DNA from: Utricularia gibba
Taxonomy: Eukaryota; Plantae; Magnoliophyta
NCBI GenBank assembly: GCA_002189035.1
Contig: CM007989.1
Location: 2,108,001-2,172,000, forward strand
Direction: 5' to 3'
Length of the DNA stretch: 64,000 nt
Below, piece by piece: positions 12,343-26,484 of the stretch. Every line of letters starts with the position of its first letter. Position 1 is the first letter of the stretch. A program made the position numbers and the translations under genes. A model generated the notes under the pieces. It was not told the origin of the DNA and did not search any database. It saw only the letters and a program-made list of their open reading frames with translations.

Positions 12343-13714
12343 ATGAGCTCGGAAACCTTGATTCTGCTGATTTCTGCGATTTCTCTTTTTTCTGCGTTTG
12401 CATTCGGGCGTGGCGATGAACTGGGTTTTTGCACCGAAGAGGCCCGCCTGAGTTCAGCGACCCAGAGACGAGATATTCAAGAATCCGCGGAAATTATAGA
12501 CATTACGCACAAATTCACTCCCCAGACGCCGGTGGGTGGTTCTAGCGAAGGGATTGGGCAGTTTCTGACGCTATTGATGAGTATGAAGAATGGGTCCGAC
12601 TACAATTTCTCCGAGATGAGGATTCCGGTTCATTCGGGAACTCACGTGGATGCCCCTGGGCATTACTTCGACCATTATTACGATCAGGGCTACGATGTAG
12701 ACACCCTGGACTTGAGGGTTTTGAATGGTTTTTTTCCTGATTACTTATCCTTTCATATTTTATATACACAGTTCGAGGATCCTCAGTTGGGTTCTTTGTT
12801 TTCCCGAGAGCAGGTCCTGCACTGCTTGTAGATGTTCCTAGGGACACAAATATTACTGGTATTTTGTTCTTCACGGTTCCTTAGTGCTAACTGAAGCTTA
12901 GTTCTATCACTATGACTATTCCTTTTTTTTTTCAGCGGAAGTTATGAAATCTCTTAGCATTCCCCAGGGAGTTAAAAGAGTACTTTTCAGAACTCTGAAT
13001 ACAGACAGGTTCTTACTTTGCTAGTTTCCATGTATCCAAGCTTCAAGCTTCGAGTTTCAACCATACATACCGTGTGTCTAGTTTGTCATTAGTCAAAGAA
13101 TGAAGCGGCCATGGATCTTTATGTGATAGTTTTATCTGTATACCAATGTTATAGGCGCCTCATGTACAAGCAGGCCTTTGACTCAAGTTTTGTGGGGTTC
13201 ACCAAAGACGGAGCGCAGTGGCTTGTGGACAATACTAGTATCAAACTTGTGGGTGAGTTGGATCCTAACACAGACAGATCAAGCACGTGTTCTTATACTT
13301 TATTGATCATCCCTCCATGTATATGTATAATAGTTTGGTAACTCCAGCAAATTACGATTTCAGCCAGATGCATTCCCCCCCTTTTGGCAACTCTTCCATC
13401 AAAGTTATGGCTGCTGTTGTTGTTGCAGGAACTGACTATCTATCCGTTGCTGCATTTGACGATTTAGTGTCTGCTCACCATGCTTTCCTTCAAGGCAAGG
13501 TATGATCGATTTACTACCTATGCAAAGTTATTTGAATTCCTGCTTGGAACTCTGCATCCCCTTGCGAGTTACACCAAAGTATTTTCAGGACATCATACTT
13601 GTTGAAGGACTGAAGCTAGATGATGTTCAGCCCGGGGCTTACTCATTGCACTGTCTGCCTTTGAGATTGGTGGGGGCAGAGGGGTCTCCCATCCGTTGCA
13701 TTTTGATTCTGTAA
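12343..13714 (+). CDS. Cyclase-family protein (kynurenine formamidase-like), 6 exons
   Basis: Signal peptide, [11 protein letters not shown] metal motif, [48 protein letters not shown]. Exons stay in frame with GT-AG junctions. Confidence 0.95.
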
Positions 13715-16141
13715 TTAGATAATACAATGGTTTCCTAATGTCTGCGAGCATATTGGTAGGCCTAAGTCCAAGTCCAACACTTACTTTGGTTCCAGTTTGT
13801 TTATCAATTCCATGTCATCTTAGAATGGGATCAACCTTTTGTGGTCAATCAGCCTGAATATGGCCTCAAACATGGTCCCAACACATGGACTTGTCATAGT
13901 TCAACATAACCACGTAAGGTTCGGTCCATTTGGCCAACCAACATATCCTCCCATTGTTTCCACACAAAAGAGAAGTAGGCTGTCGGGCTTCAAGCACTTA
14001 GATTTATTTGTCCATTTTTTAAAACTGTAATATTCATACCGTATTAGAGTGATTAAGACAAAGAGCGCACGTGGTTATTGTTGCAGTAGGAAGAGAAGCA
14101 AGCGCCCATCCCCATGGATTGCGGGATGGTCATTCAGGGTATGCTGAGATGAGAGTGTGGCGAAGACGCATCAACCTGAGGTGGAAAATGTATGGTTTTT
14201 TTACATATATAAAATAGGGTGTGCCCACGGGAACAAAATATGTGGATGGGATGAAGCCTGGCGTGGCGCACCCGTACATATGTGTGTACCAACTCAACTC
14301 TCATCCCTTCATATTTTAATCCATGTTTTTTAAAATGTAAAAAGAACTCGAACTTTAAATCTTCGTTTTTTTAAAGGAAATATTTTATAATTCTTTTATA
14401 ACAAAATAAAATAATTTGATTACAGTTTGCCTTACATGATATTCAAATTTTACTTTTGAAAATAAAACCGTGTGCTAATTCCCCTTTGTTTTTATTTTTG
14501 GTGAAAAGTCACTTGGTGTGGGAGTGGGTCAGAAAGTAGTCGCGAGCGACTTTGATTGCAATCGAAATCAGTCCCCTTTGTCGTTTGGAAAGATGAGGCG
14601 CGCGCAGTTTTCAGATCAGCGCCACCCGTTTCCCGGCGTCGGTGGTTGATGTCCGCAGCCCACCGGACAGGATCGCCATTTTGTTGAACTATCCATCCTT
14701 CTTTCTGGAATATTATTTAATCATCTCCGTGAACTCCAAGCCGACATCAACTCCCAGTTCAAAAGAAGTTGCCAAGACGGGGGCCCCGCCCCATTCGGGA
14801 CACTATCGATTTCGAGACTGCATATGTTCTCTTCTTTTGTGGCTCGGCTCTAATTTGAGTGTAATCGGGATGCGAGTTATTTAGGGTTCGAACGCGACGC
14901 AATGAATTTGTGTCTCTTCCGTTAACAAAAAGGGCAGTAGGCAACTACCAAGCCATGATGGATGATCCCAAGTGGGAATGTGTAAACCAAGCAAGACGAT
15001 GGGGCCTTGGGGCACCCCACTGCCAATTACCGGATCTACCCTTGCCAATCAATACAGAAAATATCATACATTTAGATTAAATTATTCAGGGTAATATGAT
15101 ATATCCGGATTTTATATAAGTGTATGATTTTTTTTGAATTGGATTCAATATTTTTTTTAAAAAAATGATATATCAAAATATATTTGGTTCTGATTTTAAT
15201 ACAGATCCATGTAATTTTTTTATTATGGAAACATAGTACTTTATTACAAAGGGAAGGTGAGAAACGCACAAGCTGCCTGGGTTGAAGACTCCTCCATAGC
15301 AGAAGTTGAGTTTTTTCTTACAACCTGGGCCTGGGATTGGGTCGTGTCCGCCCTTTATTGCTGTTAGTTTCATGTTATTAGTTGAGGTTTTGATAGGATT
15401 TGCACGTATGATTGATTGTATTAAGGGAGATTTCAATGATGAGGGCGAGTGAGTTTTTATAAATGCACTGCATCGTGTTCGGTCCTGGTTGTCGTGTTGC
15501 TGAACGGCCGTCAGAACGTGGACGATTGAGAATTCGCCTTGCGCTCGTACAGCAGCCTCCAGGCCCCACGGCAATGGAGACCACACTCGCCCAGTGGCGA
15601 TATGTGTGCATCTTTCTAAGCGTGATTTTCTGTGATCGCGTCTTTCTCTCTCTATTGTTTCTAAATTTTTATTTGTTATAAACGTCGCGTCCTGGGCTAT
15701 ATAATTGCGAGAGAGCAGGATTTCCCGTGGGAGATCACGAGCAAAGTTGCCACCTTTGGCCTTCATTACCTCTCCCAATTACATGCAGTTTGTTTGAATA
15801 AGCCCCTCTTCTAAACTACTGGATCTGCCGAAATTTCCAGGGGTTTTTGTGACCTTCCTTTCACCCAGAATCTTGAATTTGGATCCTTTTTTTTTTCTCT
15901 GACGCATTCGGTGACACAGTGTGTTTGCATTTCACGTTTTCTGGTTGTTTTCAAGGTGGGTTTTTGATTGAATCTGTAAATCTCTTTGAGGAATATTCAA
16001 AATACTCCGACTGACCTTGATTCTCGGCCATCTCCCTTTTGTGATTTATACTTTGCTTGTGTTCTCTCTGCATTCCTGTCTGAATAATGACGCTGATTTT
16101 TCGCTAACTCCTGATTCCACTTGATCAGCGGCTGAAGTGTG

Positions 16142-18941
16142 ATGGATTCTTGCTTTGCGACGCTGAAGCCTGCCACCATTTTGACAAAGTCAAGCAATAG
16201 TTTGGTTTGCAATGGGTTCTTGGGGGAGAGGCCTCGGGGTAGTTTCAATAGCAATGAATTTCCTAATGTTTTTGGGAAAAATGTGAGACTCGAGAAAGAT
16301 GGCAAGAAGATCACTCCTGGCGTGGCTTATTCTATTCTCACCAGAGAAAACAAGGAAAAGGTGGTTACCATTTCTATTGCTTCTTTTTTCAATTCTTTTT
16401 TCTTTGCTTTACCTCAGTTTAGAAATGGTTGATCCGAATTGCGGTAAAAAAAATATTGAAAGGAATTGTTGATCTGAACAAGGTTTTCTTTTAATGGTTT
16501 TCAGACAATTCTAGCACCAAGGATTGAGAAACCAAGGGCGCACCCGAAAAATGTAGCTGCTATCATTCTGGGTGGAGGTGCTGGAGCCCAACTTTTCCCT
16601 CTTACAAGCAGAACAGCAACCCCAGCTGTAATAATACTCTCTCTATTTTACTAGTCAATACAAAATTCTCTTTTGGGTTACCTGTAGATCAGTGGTTTTA
16701 TTCTTTCTGCCAAGCCCTGTCTCTAATCCAACAGTAGGGTGTTGAATTGATGAGACCCTGATGCTGATTCTGGTCGCAGATCTTTGAGCATCCTTATGGA
16801 GTTAGTTTCTTGTAATAGGTTCCTGTCGGAGGATGCTATCGGCTGATTGACATCCCGATGAGCAACTGCATCAATAGCGGAATCAACAAGATTTTCGTGT
16901 TGACCCAGTTCAATTCTGCTTCTCTTAATCGCCACATTTCTCGCACATATACTGGAAATGGCATTAGCTTTGGTGACGGGCATGTTGAGGTGCGCATATT
17001 TAATGATGAATTGTGTTTTGAATGTAAAGAAATCAAAAAAGCTTCAGACTTTAGTTGAGAAATCACTCTTTTGACTTTTCAGGTTTTGGCAGCAACTCAA
17101 ACTGCTGGAGAGACAGGGAAACAATGGTTCCAGGGGACTGCAGACGCTGTTAGGCAATTTCTATGGCTTTTTGAGGTGGTTTTCGTCTTCACATGTTTGC
17201 TCTTTCTGATGCCTCAATGTGAAGCGCATATCATTTAAAATTGATTTGTGTAGGATGCAAAAGCAAAGGAGGTTGAATACGTGCTGATTCTGTCTGGTGA
17301 TCATCTTTACAGAATGGACTATATGGACTTCGTTCAGGTACAGTTCTATCACATAATCACTTGTGATACCATGCTCACAACTCTCCACTTTCTTACTCCC
17401 ATTTTATGCATTGCTAGAACCATATTGACCGTAATGCAGAAATCACAGTTTCTTGTGGCCCTGTCGGAGACAGGTATGTTTGTGATGTTATCAGGCTTCA
17501 TTTCTGGTTACTGCGCTTAGAATGACTTCCACCTTTTCAATTTACTTACAAGGTTGTTCATTGTTCATTCTCAGCCGAGCTTCTGAGTTTGGGTTGGTAA
17601 AGATCGATAGCAGAGGCAGGATAACTCAATTTTCTGAAAAACCGAAGGGTGCTGACAAAAAAGCAATGGTAATCTTAACTGCTTGCACACTTGTAATTTT
17701 GTTTTAGTTTAGTCTGTTTCTAAACTGTGGTTCATGGATGCGGAAGCAACTGGATACCACAGTAATTGGATTGTCTCACGAGGAAGCACTGCAATCACCA
17801 TATATAGCTTCAATGGGAGTTTATGCATTTAGGAAAGATGTGCTACTTGAACTTCTTAAACGGAGATATCCGACATCAAACGACTTTGGGTCTGAAATCA
17901 TACCCTCATCAGTCAAAGACCATAATGTGCAGGTCGATGAGCAATCCTTTTGCCAACTCAAATCTTGTTCTTGTGACTGATTATGAATGTAGTTTTGTTG
18001 TTGCAGGCATACATATTCAGAGACTACTGGGAGGATATTGGGACAATTAAGTCGTTCTATCATGCGAACTTGGGTCTTGCTGATGAGGTTGGTGTAGAAT
18101 TTCCATTAAGAATCCTCCTCATGTTGAATTTGTGTGGGAATGTACTGCTCATTCTCTTTTGCAGTTTCCAAAGTTCGAGTTTTATGATCCAAGAAATCCC
18201 ATCTACACATCTCCCAGCTTCCTTCCTCCAACAAAGATTGACAACTGCAGGGTAATCTAAATAATTACCTGCATTTTCATCTCTCTGATAAGCTAATAGT
18301 TTTCATTAATGTTTCCAGATTCAGGATGCTATAATCTCACATGGGTGCTTCCTTAGAGACTGCATCATTGAACATGCAATAGTCGGAGAACGTTCTCGCT
18401 TGGACTCTGGTGTAGAGTTGAAGGCAAGCAAGCACATACTTCCCTTTACCAGATTTAATGTGCACTTGAAAATATGTAAGCTGCTTTCCTTATGTCACAG
18501 GACACTTTGATGATGGGTGCTGATACCTATCAGACGGAACCAGAGATTGCAGCTCTTCTTGCAAGAGGGAAAGTCCCAATCGGGATCGGAAAAAACTCAA
18601 AAATCAGGTGCTTGAAAAACCGGTCATTGGCTAATATTTACTTATCTGCACGCACATACACTTCTCATGCCTTGTATTCCTGCAGAAACTGCATCATTGA
18701 TAAGAATGCGAGGATTGGAAAGAACGTGATCATCATGAACAAATATGTAAGTTAAACTCCATTTCCTGTACGCACCCTCATCAACAGACGATATAAAACT
18801 GTTCTATGACACCTTACAATCCCTGTTTTGACGTTGCAGGGTGTGGAGGAAGCTGATCGACCCGATGATGGGTTCTATATTCGTGCAGGAGTTACCATCA
18901 TACTTGAGAAGGCCACAATACATGATGGCACAGTTATATAA
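16142..18941 (+). CDS. APL: ADP-glucose pyrophosphorylase large subunit (APL3/APL4-like), plastid-targeted, multi-exon
   Basis: [98 protein letters not shown]-stop. Also a 5'UTR intron at about 15956-16128. Confidence 0.97.
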
Positions 18942-19579
18942 ATAAATCCATGGGATCCTCTCCTGGAAGTACCTCCGAGGTCTCTCTCTATGGCACCGAT
19001 GCTGGGAGGCGAACTCTGGGGCCACAGAGGGAAGTATCATCACATCACCCTTCTATTGGTATCGTGAGAGAGCTAATAGAGAGGTCTGTGAATGAGATGA
19101 CAAGGCTGCATGCATCTAGATCTAGTTAGTGTGTAAGTTTATATGCTTTGAATAAAATTCCCGCAGAAGCCAGACTTTGTGCTGCCATGCGTTATCAAGT
19201 TATAATAATGAGAGCTTTCGATGTATGTTATCAAGTCATTCCAAGGGAAGAATAGTGAGCAGCCAACTAAAATGGCAGTGCTGTATTTTATTGTGAATGT
19301 TTCTATTTGTTTGAAGCAAGAAAGGATCATCAATTCTCTCCTTTGAAAGGCGTCTCTGATGCAAAAGGAAGCATCAGATTAAGTTCTTACAAATTGGTTT
19401 CAACTTAAGGCAATTCAAGGTATCCTTTTTTTCAAGGTGAATCCACTCCCATGCCAAACAATTTCGGTAGACAACTTTCAAACCATCAAACAAAACGACA
19501 CAAAAAGATCCTAACGTGGTCCAACGCCAACCATTTAACTAAATTATAAAAATTACATTACAGAAGCAGAATGTATCTG

Positions 19580-19645
19580 TCAGACAAGAGTGTCCAAATA
19601 TTTACTCACAGTGGTGTACTGGATGTCGGGATAAAGCTCAGTTCT
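19580..19645 (-). pseudogene. Isolated C-terminal relic of an NmrA-type reductase (isoflavone reductase / PLR3-like)
   Basis: Minus strand reads RTELYPDIQYTTVSKYLDTLV-stop, matching the recalled family C-terminus ELYPDVKYTTVxEYL. No upstream exons recognisable. Confidence 0.45.
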
Positions 19646-20870
19646 GCTCTTCTGGCAGTTGTTTACGGGAAGAAGAATGTGGACACCTCCTTCTCATATG
19701 TAAATGTAGCCGTTTGCAATTTGGTAGAATCCGAACCGGTTATCGATTCTACCAGCCGACACGTGTGTGGCTAAAGCAACAAGACGGTTTGTGAAAATTT
19801 TGCATGGTGACGCTGTTGAAGAATGCGTGTCCGTTTTGGATTGGCCGACTGACGTGGGCTCACGTTTTCTTACAACCTAGACGTGAAATTGGATGTTGGG
19901 CCGTAGCTGCTAATGAATTTGGGCCTGGCAGTTAAGTGCCCACCGTTCAGAGCTGAAGTTCACGTACATGAACGTGAGGAGGGTGCTGCGATGCTGGCGA
20001 TGGGAAACTCTGTCTGTTTGGTGGGGATGATTGGGGGTGTTTCTGGCTTCTGAAGTGTTCAGAGAAGCAGTGCAGATCGACTCAGTTTTTCCTGCACTGT
20101 TGTTGAGGAAATACATGTGCAGCCTGTATTTGTAATGTGAGCTAGTGTGTTCATTGCATCTCTCAAATCACAGCGCAGTGAATTCCCATTGCTTGGGGGA
20201 GAGCCCAGAGCCCAGGATGCTTCCCGTTTCTGGGGTTTCACCTGCCTCAAAACCCGTGTCCTTGCTGCTTAATCACATGCTCTGTTTTATGATTACTGCT
20301 ACAAATCAGTAGAGTTACACTGAGTTCTCCTTTGCAGCAGAAGAACAAGTTGAAACACCCAAGTGAACCTGACGTGCACTTAAGCTTTTCCTCCACCAGA
20401 AACTTCCACAGAGGCACCCAGAATAGGTTGCATAGCAGCAGCAGAATTCCCATGCACACTGATATGTTTAATTTGTAAACTTCTTTATCTCTACCCACAA
20501 AAACTACCCAATCCCGACCGGGGGACGCTGCCGTACGTTTACCGACCGGTGGATGTCATGAATTGACGGGGCGGGGCGGCGGTGCTGGTGGACACAGACA
20601 TTCCCGCCCAGCTCTCCCTTCAAAGCGGTTGGTGTCCTCCTGCTCTGCGGGAATCTTCAACATTTATTTGCTTCTTCTTCCTCCCCGGGAGGGCATCCTT
20701 GACTCGATGGCAAAATGGGTTGGGATCTCAGGGACCCCCACCCCCAGCCCTAGACGTGTCGGAGGACTAAAGGGCAGTTCCGTCCTTCCACATCCCAAAG
20801 TGTCGCCATCAAGAATTCTGGATACTGGATTTCACATGTCTCCCACGGAAGAAAGTGGCGTCAAAAATGG

Positions 20871-20873
<3 letters not shown>

Positions 20874-20946
<73 letters not shown>
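20874..20946. repeat. (CT)n microsatellite, about 36 units
   Basis: Uninterrupted CT dinucleotide run. Confidence 0.98.
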
Positions 20947-20949
<3 letters not shown>

Positions 20950-22004
20950 ACCCAATTTCAAAGCTGGATGCTCTGCTACATTTTTGCTGTACTTTTTTTT
21001 TAATTTTCCCTTTAATTTATTTGAATTATATCCCTTAATTACAAAAACACAGATCCAATTCATTGAACGGTGCGGATAATTTATTTCAGTTGAATTGTGT
21101 TGCAGCTTCCACCTTTGACGTGGTCCACCCAGATTTACTTCAGTCAAACCTTCTCGTATTGAAGAACACACACACGCGTCCTAAAAGTGTTGGACGCCAT
21201 TACTTTTATCTCAGTAATTACGTATTTACCCATGGTCGTGGTTCAACAATATTCATTTATACTCCATAATTTAAAATAAATACGTTTTTTATATTCTTTT
21301 TTAATATATTTACCCCATATCTGAAATTAAGAATATATAAATTATTAAATGAAATTTTAAAATACTAATATGATATATAAGATTTGATATCTTACAATAA
21401 ATATTAGTTATCTCTTGCTCTATTTTATGTAAATTACTTACATATTTAAAAAATGAATATATGAATTGTATAGTCATACACAAGATTGATATATATATTC
21501 TAATTAATCAAGCAGTAATTTATATGTAAATTTGAATGTAAATCTTTGATACTATATTATAAAATACTATTTAAAAAATAATTGGAATGAAGGTTTTGGG
21601 GGCAGGGTGGAGATGATGCGGTGATGGGATGGGTTGGTTTGATTGGGGAGTGGGTCTCGTGGAGGTCGATATCTGCATCCAGGGGACCGCATGGGCAAAT
21701 CCATGAATGAGACCTTTCTATATTTACCCTGTCCCGAACCCCACTCCTTGATGTCGATGTTGATGATGCCCCTTCCTCTCTTCTCCAATTACCCGCTTTT
21801 CTGAATGGAATGCTTGTGGTTTCCACCCTTTTTTTTTTTTCTTTGTTTTGAAAAGGACACTATTTTTCCCCCATGAGTGTGTTAGTTACACTTGGTTGTC
21901 TTCTTCGATAATACAGGCAGAGGCATGTTCCAACATTCAGAATTACAAAAAAACTGAAACACAAATTCCAACCATTCTCATCTGCGCATCCCACCTCCGC
22001 CTAC

Positions 22005-23392
22005 TTAGAGTTCCATTTTAACGTTCCCGGTTCCCATGAATCCTGCGCACCATACTTGGTGTGAGAAACCTGACTCCAACATGCGCTTGCTGCTTGTACT
22101 TGGTTACCTGGGGAGAAGGACTGATGAATGAAGGGAGATTCCCATGATCGGGCGAGCATTGCCTCAGGGTTGGATGGTGCAGGGGTGCTGATGGTTCTCC
22201 GCCACTCGGTGTGGTTGTCTAAGTGAAAATGGGGGGCATCCATTTCCGACGAGGGATAGATCTGTGACCATCCCAGCATTCATTCAGATTCAGATCCCAT
22301 CGGATCCGATCCTCGGGAATAGCAGCACACACTAGTAAAAAAAGAAACAAACCAAAGAGAAAAGTGTATCCGTACATCTTTAGGGAGATAGCTCCCATTT
22401 CCAGACTGAGCCGGGGACTGAGAGCCGCGAGTTTCATGGACAAGAACTGCAGGGAGTACAAGTGTTGAGGATGAATAGTTGATTTTGTTTTGTGTTTTGT
22501 GCGTATGTTTGGAAACTGCGTACCTCTACTTGTCGCTGAAGGGACTGTACGTAGTTGATGATTTCGTCAAGAACTCCTGCCTTCCCAGTTATCTTGTTGC
22601 ATCCAGGAACCAAGTCTTGCAAGTACTTCATCCTTTCACTGATTTTCTCCCTCCTTACCTGATCGAAAAAAATGCAAAGTCCGAGAGTTTTCGAATGAAC
22701 CGGTGAAATCCAACTTAAGAACCACAAGGAAGCCAACTTGGAACAAGGGTTTTTGGTTTTGTGGGTTGTTACCCGCTCAGCCAAGCTATGGCTGTCTGTG
22801 GCCTGTCCGCGGCGTGCGCGGACGTGAATGTAGCTTGTTTTTGGAGCTTCAGAGGCTTTAGAGTCGTTGTCTGATTTAGTGGCATCGGCGCCTTTCCCGG
22901 GCGCGGCGGTGGTGCTGTTGCTGTTTTGTTCGGAGATTCTCGACTCCTCTTCTTCGTAGTTTTTCATCTTCTTCTTCTCTGAAACTACCTGAAAAGTGAA
23001 CCCGCTCTAGCTCCACCATCATGAAAAGAACTGTATAATATCAAAAACATGGAGAGAACGAAGCTAACCTTGCAACTGCTAGGCTTTCTCTTGTTATTAG
23101 TGTTACCGGCGCCTCTTGCAGAGGCGCCGGAGCTGAAAGTAGTCTCGATTCCCACGTCCGGCGCTGGACCACTGAGGGTTTGCTGGACGAGGGAATTGGA
23201 TTCCAAATGGCTCCGGGATCGATTTCCGGAAATCAAAACAGCGCCAAGCTCATCACTCCACACATTTCCCATCACCGGAGATGGGCTTGACTTCATCCAC
23301 CCAGGCACAAGAACATGATCCTCGTTCAGAAAAGTATCACCATTGTTATCATCATGGATTTCTTCATTCAGAAAATACTGATGTCTCTCCAT
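22005..23392 (-). CDS. bHLH transcription factor, CIB1/bHLH63-like, multi-exon
   Basis: [72 protein letters not shown], then RRTISTP and a terminal NVKMEL-stop. The 3' exon structure is inferred and appears to need a -1 repair at 22394-22396. Confidence 0.9.
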
Positions 23393-26300
23393 CACCCTCA
23401 TCTGATCAACCCAGAAGAGTAATCAGTTTCTTCGAATTTTGGAAGAAGGGAGAAAAAAAAGGTTGTTGGGTTAAAAGAGAAAAGCAGAAGGAGAAGAAGA
23501 GGTGGAAGTAAAGAGATCTGGGGGAAAACAAGGTATTTATTTTATGCCTTTGAGACGACCGGAAGAAACGTGGCCGGTAAGAGCGACGGCGACACCCGGA
23601 GTATGACGCGACCGGCCGGAATAAATGCAGATGGAGAGAAATTAGATTAGAATGGAGTAGATGAATGATGGGCCCGTAGTTGATGGGCTCAATTGGACGT
23701 AACTACCTTCAATGGGCCCGACTTAGGAGAGGACTCGGACACCTACACCCTTTAAATAATATTTTTCCCGAAAAAAATACATTATTATTGATTTTTTTAT
23801 GTAATTTATCAATTAAATCCAGGTTACAGCGAAGCTGCTGCTCCTCCACTTAAATCTTTTATATTTTTATTAAGAATAATAATAAAATGTAAATAAAAAT
23901 ACCCATTAATCATATTCGCTTTTGTATCTTATCATTATAACCAATAACCTTGTTCTCAATATCAAAAATTGTAACAATCCCATCATATAATAATTTCAAA
24001 TGTAACAACATATTATCTCATTATACCATATTATCCAATTTGAACAATCAATTTTAACGGTTATATATTTTTTCATTTAAAAAAATACTTCATACAAGAT
24101 TAAAAAATATTGTTTATATAAACTCTTCTTTTATTGTATTAGTAATCAATGTTGTATTCATCTAAAGTAATTATTTTCTTCACATTATTTCTCATTTAAA
24201 ATTATACTATGAGAAAATTGGAATCAATATCCCAAAAGATGTGCATTTCACAGCACAGGATTCAACCCAAACATATGATAAAATTTAAAATACGCCTTTC
24301 GCTGCAATTATTTTGATAAATATTGGAATTTGATAGATGTCGACAAGGGACAATGATATTAAATGAGGTAATATTTATTCATTTTAACAGTCGTTCGAGG
24401 TAATTTAATGCATGGGTTTGACTGACACAGGACTGGGGTAGCTGCTGCTTCTGCTGCATGGACTGCTTTGCCTAAACAGCTACCTTAACCCTGATTCAAA
24501 CCCCCGATTCTTTGGAAAGGAGAAGAAGCGTGGTTAAATGTTGCTGGATTTGGGTTAAATTTTTGGGGGGGTAAAAACAAAACTGAGGGGAGGGGACATA
24601 GTTACTGTGGGTAAATGGCGAGCAGTAAATGGCCAGATCTTGGGAGGCATGGGCTTCACTAGCAGACATCTCTATGCGGATACTTTGACCGTCCTCCAGA
24701 TCCATCTCCATATCAGTAGGCCCACTTCATATTAATTATATAAAATGCTTGTTTATTGGGAAGTAAATTCCCTTTTTTAGTGGATTTCCGTGCAAAATAA
24801 AAGGTGTTTAAATTAAATCCGCGTTTTGTTTCCGTTAATTATTTGGATGCAGATAAGAAACTGAAATTTAGGCGCTATTTGATTTTGATTTTTTGAAAAA
24901 TAGTTTTCAAAGATTAAAAATTATTATTTTTATAATTTCTCTTTTTTTTTTGTTTTTGGTGAAAACAAGCATCGTGCATGGTGCCGATATGTCTGCATTT
25001 TTTTAAAATCCTAATTCGGTTTATTCACACCCCTGAAAAGGATAATAAATAAAATTCAACAGGTGGCGGTAACATGTTACGATTTAATCTTCAAAACTAC
25101 TGGATCATGGTCCATGCGGCCTGCGGGACACGGGAAGAGTCAATTATACGTGTCTCTTCATATCTCTATATTGAATATTGGACACGGGAAATGTAGGGTT
25201 TCGTTCGCTGGGGGGACAAGATGGACATTAAAGATTTGCAAAAGAATGAAACCTGGGGTTTTCAAGCATACGCGTTTAGCATCGCAGTAAACGCCCATCA
25301 AGCGGGCAAATGATGAACATGCTATACTGTAACACAGTTTTCTGGGTTGAAGAGAGGTGCTCTTTGTGATCTGGGGTGCGATAGCCTCTCAGCTCCCTTT
25401 AATTTGCCAACACCATTGATCTGATCCCTTGGATTTACAATGGTGTATTGGGATGCGGACCTCAAGCTTATAAACTTCATCCCCAATGCCGAAGGATACA
25501 GTAACTGGTGCATACATTATAAGGGCAACGCACTTGTTCTATCTTCTTCATTTCAAAATGTTAAAAAAAATGAAACGCGAGATCAAGGTTGATAGCTAAA
25601 ATGAGTAGATTTTGAGAATGGAGAGCGTTTCTGCGGTTCCCGTCCATCATCCTACGGCGATGGATCACTCTGTGCATGAGATAGAAGAATTATATTTGTG
25701 TGGTCCAGGTAGTCCACGTTTAGGAATACGTACTTATCTAACCACAGCAAATGAACAATTAATTTAATTTGACGTTTTTAATGCCAACATGTTTGCTGAA
25801 TCACAACTCTCGCTTGTTTTATCTCAGAAAGGCCCTCCTCAAATTGCAGCAAAACAACAATCATAAGAAAATCTCTCCACCCTCAGATGGCTCCTCCGAA
25901 TTCTCTCTGTCAGACTAACTCGCCACCCTCGGACGGCTGCCTCTGGTTTCTTTCTGCCACGGTGTTGAAGAAGCCAGAAGCAATGGGCCCGGTCTCGTAG
26001 AGAGAGCGTTGTAGTAAAAGTTAAAAGGCATGCAAAAGCTGCAGTAGATGACAAATGTGGAGGGGATGATTGTATCATTATCGGGACATTAAAGGGTGGG
26101 GAGTCCCAAGTGCGGTCAAATCAGCGGATTAGGAAAGCATTCACTTTGGCATGCCGGCCGACTGTGGAGTATCACTACATCCCAAATGGTGGTCCTCTTC
26201 TCCCCAGTCCCGTCCCCAGTCTGGAGTCAGATACAGAATTCCAAGATGCCACCTCCCCTCCCCTCCCAGAACGTCGCACCCCAATACTTCGTCCTCTCTA

Positions 26301-26484
26301 CACTGGACTAGGCTAGGCTAGAGATCCGGCACACGACGTGCCAGACCGCAGGTTCATGGGCTTCCGTGGTGCACGATTTGAGGGGCTTCTGATTCACTGG
26401 GGTGCCATGAAAACATTGTGAATGCCCAACTTCACAGCCTGCCTCTTCATTCAAATCTGAGTTAAACTATGTATATATGAATAA

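Noticed and set aside
15173-15778. 201-aa minus-strand ORF
   Set aside because: Non-ATG start, no recognisable motif, and it lies across the AGPase promoter.
20050-20340. Partial matches to miR395 (CTGAAGTGTT), miR399-star and, nearby at about 20612, miR477
   Set aside because: Only 10-14 nt match, and there is no complementary arm forming a precursor.
20495-20515. CCCACAAAA(A)CTACCC shared with 53030-53046
   Set aside because: A match of this length with a gap is expected by chance in 64 kb, and the flanking ORFs are unrelated.
20809-21171. ORFs with poly-(SL) or poly-(ER)
   Set aside because: Artefacts of the CT microsatellite.
25300-26400. Coding-like GC content, an about 115-codon ATG-less frame and a BAHD-like 'VLSTLD' snippet
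   Set aside because: No coherent start or splice structure, and the similarity is too weak to call even a pseudogene.
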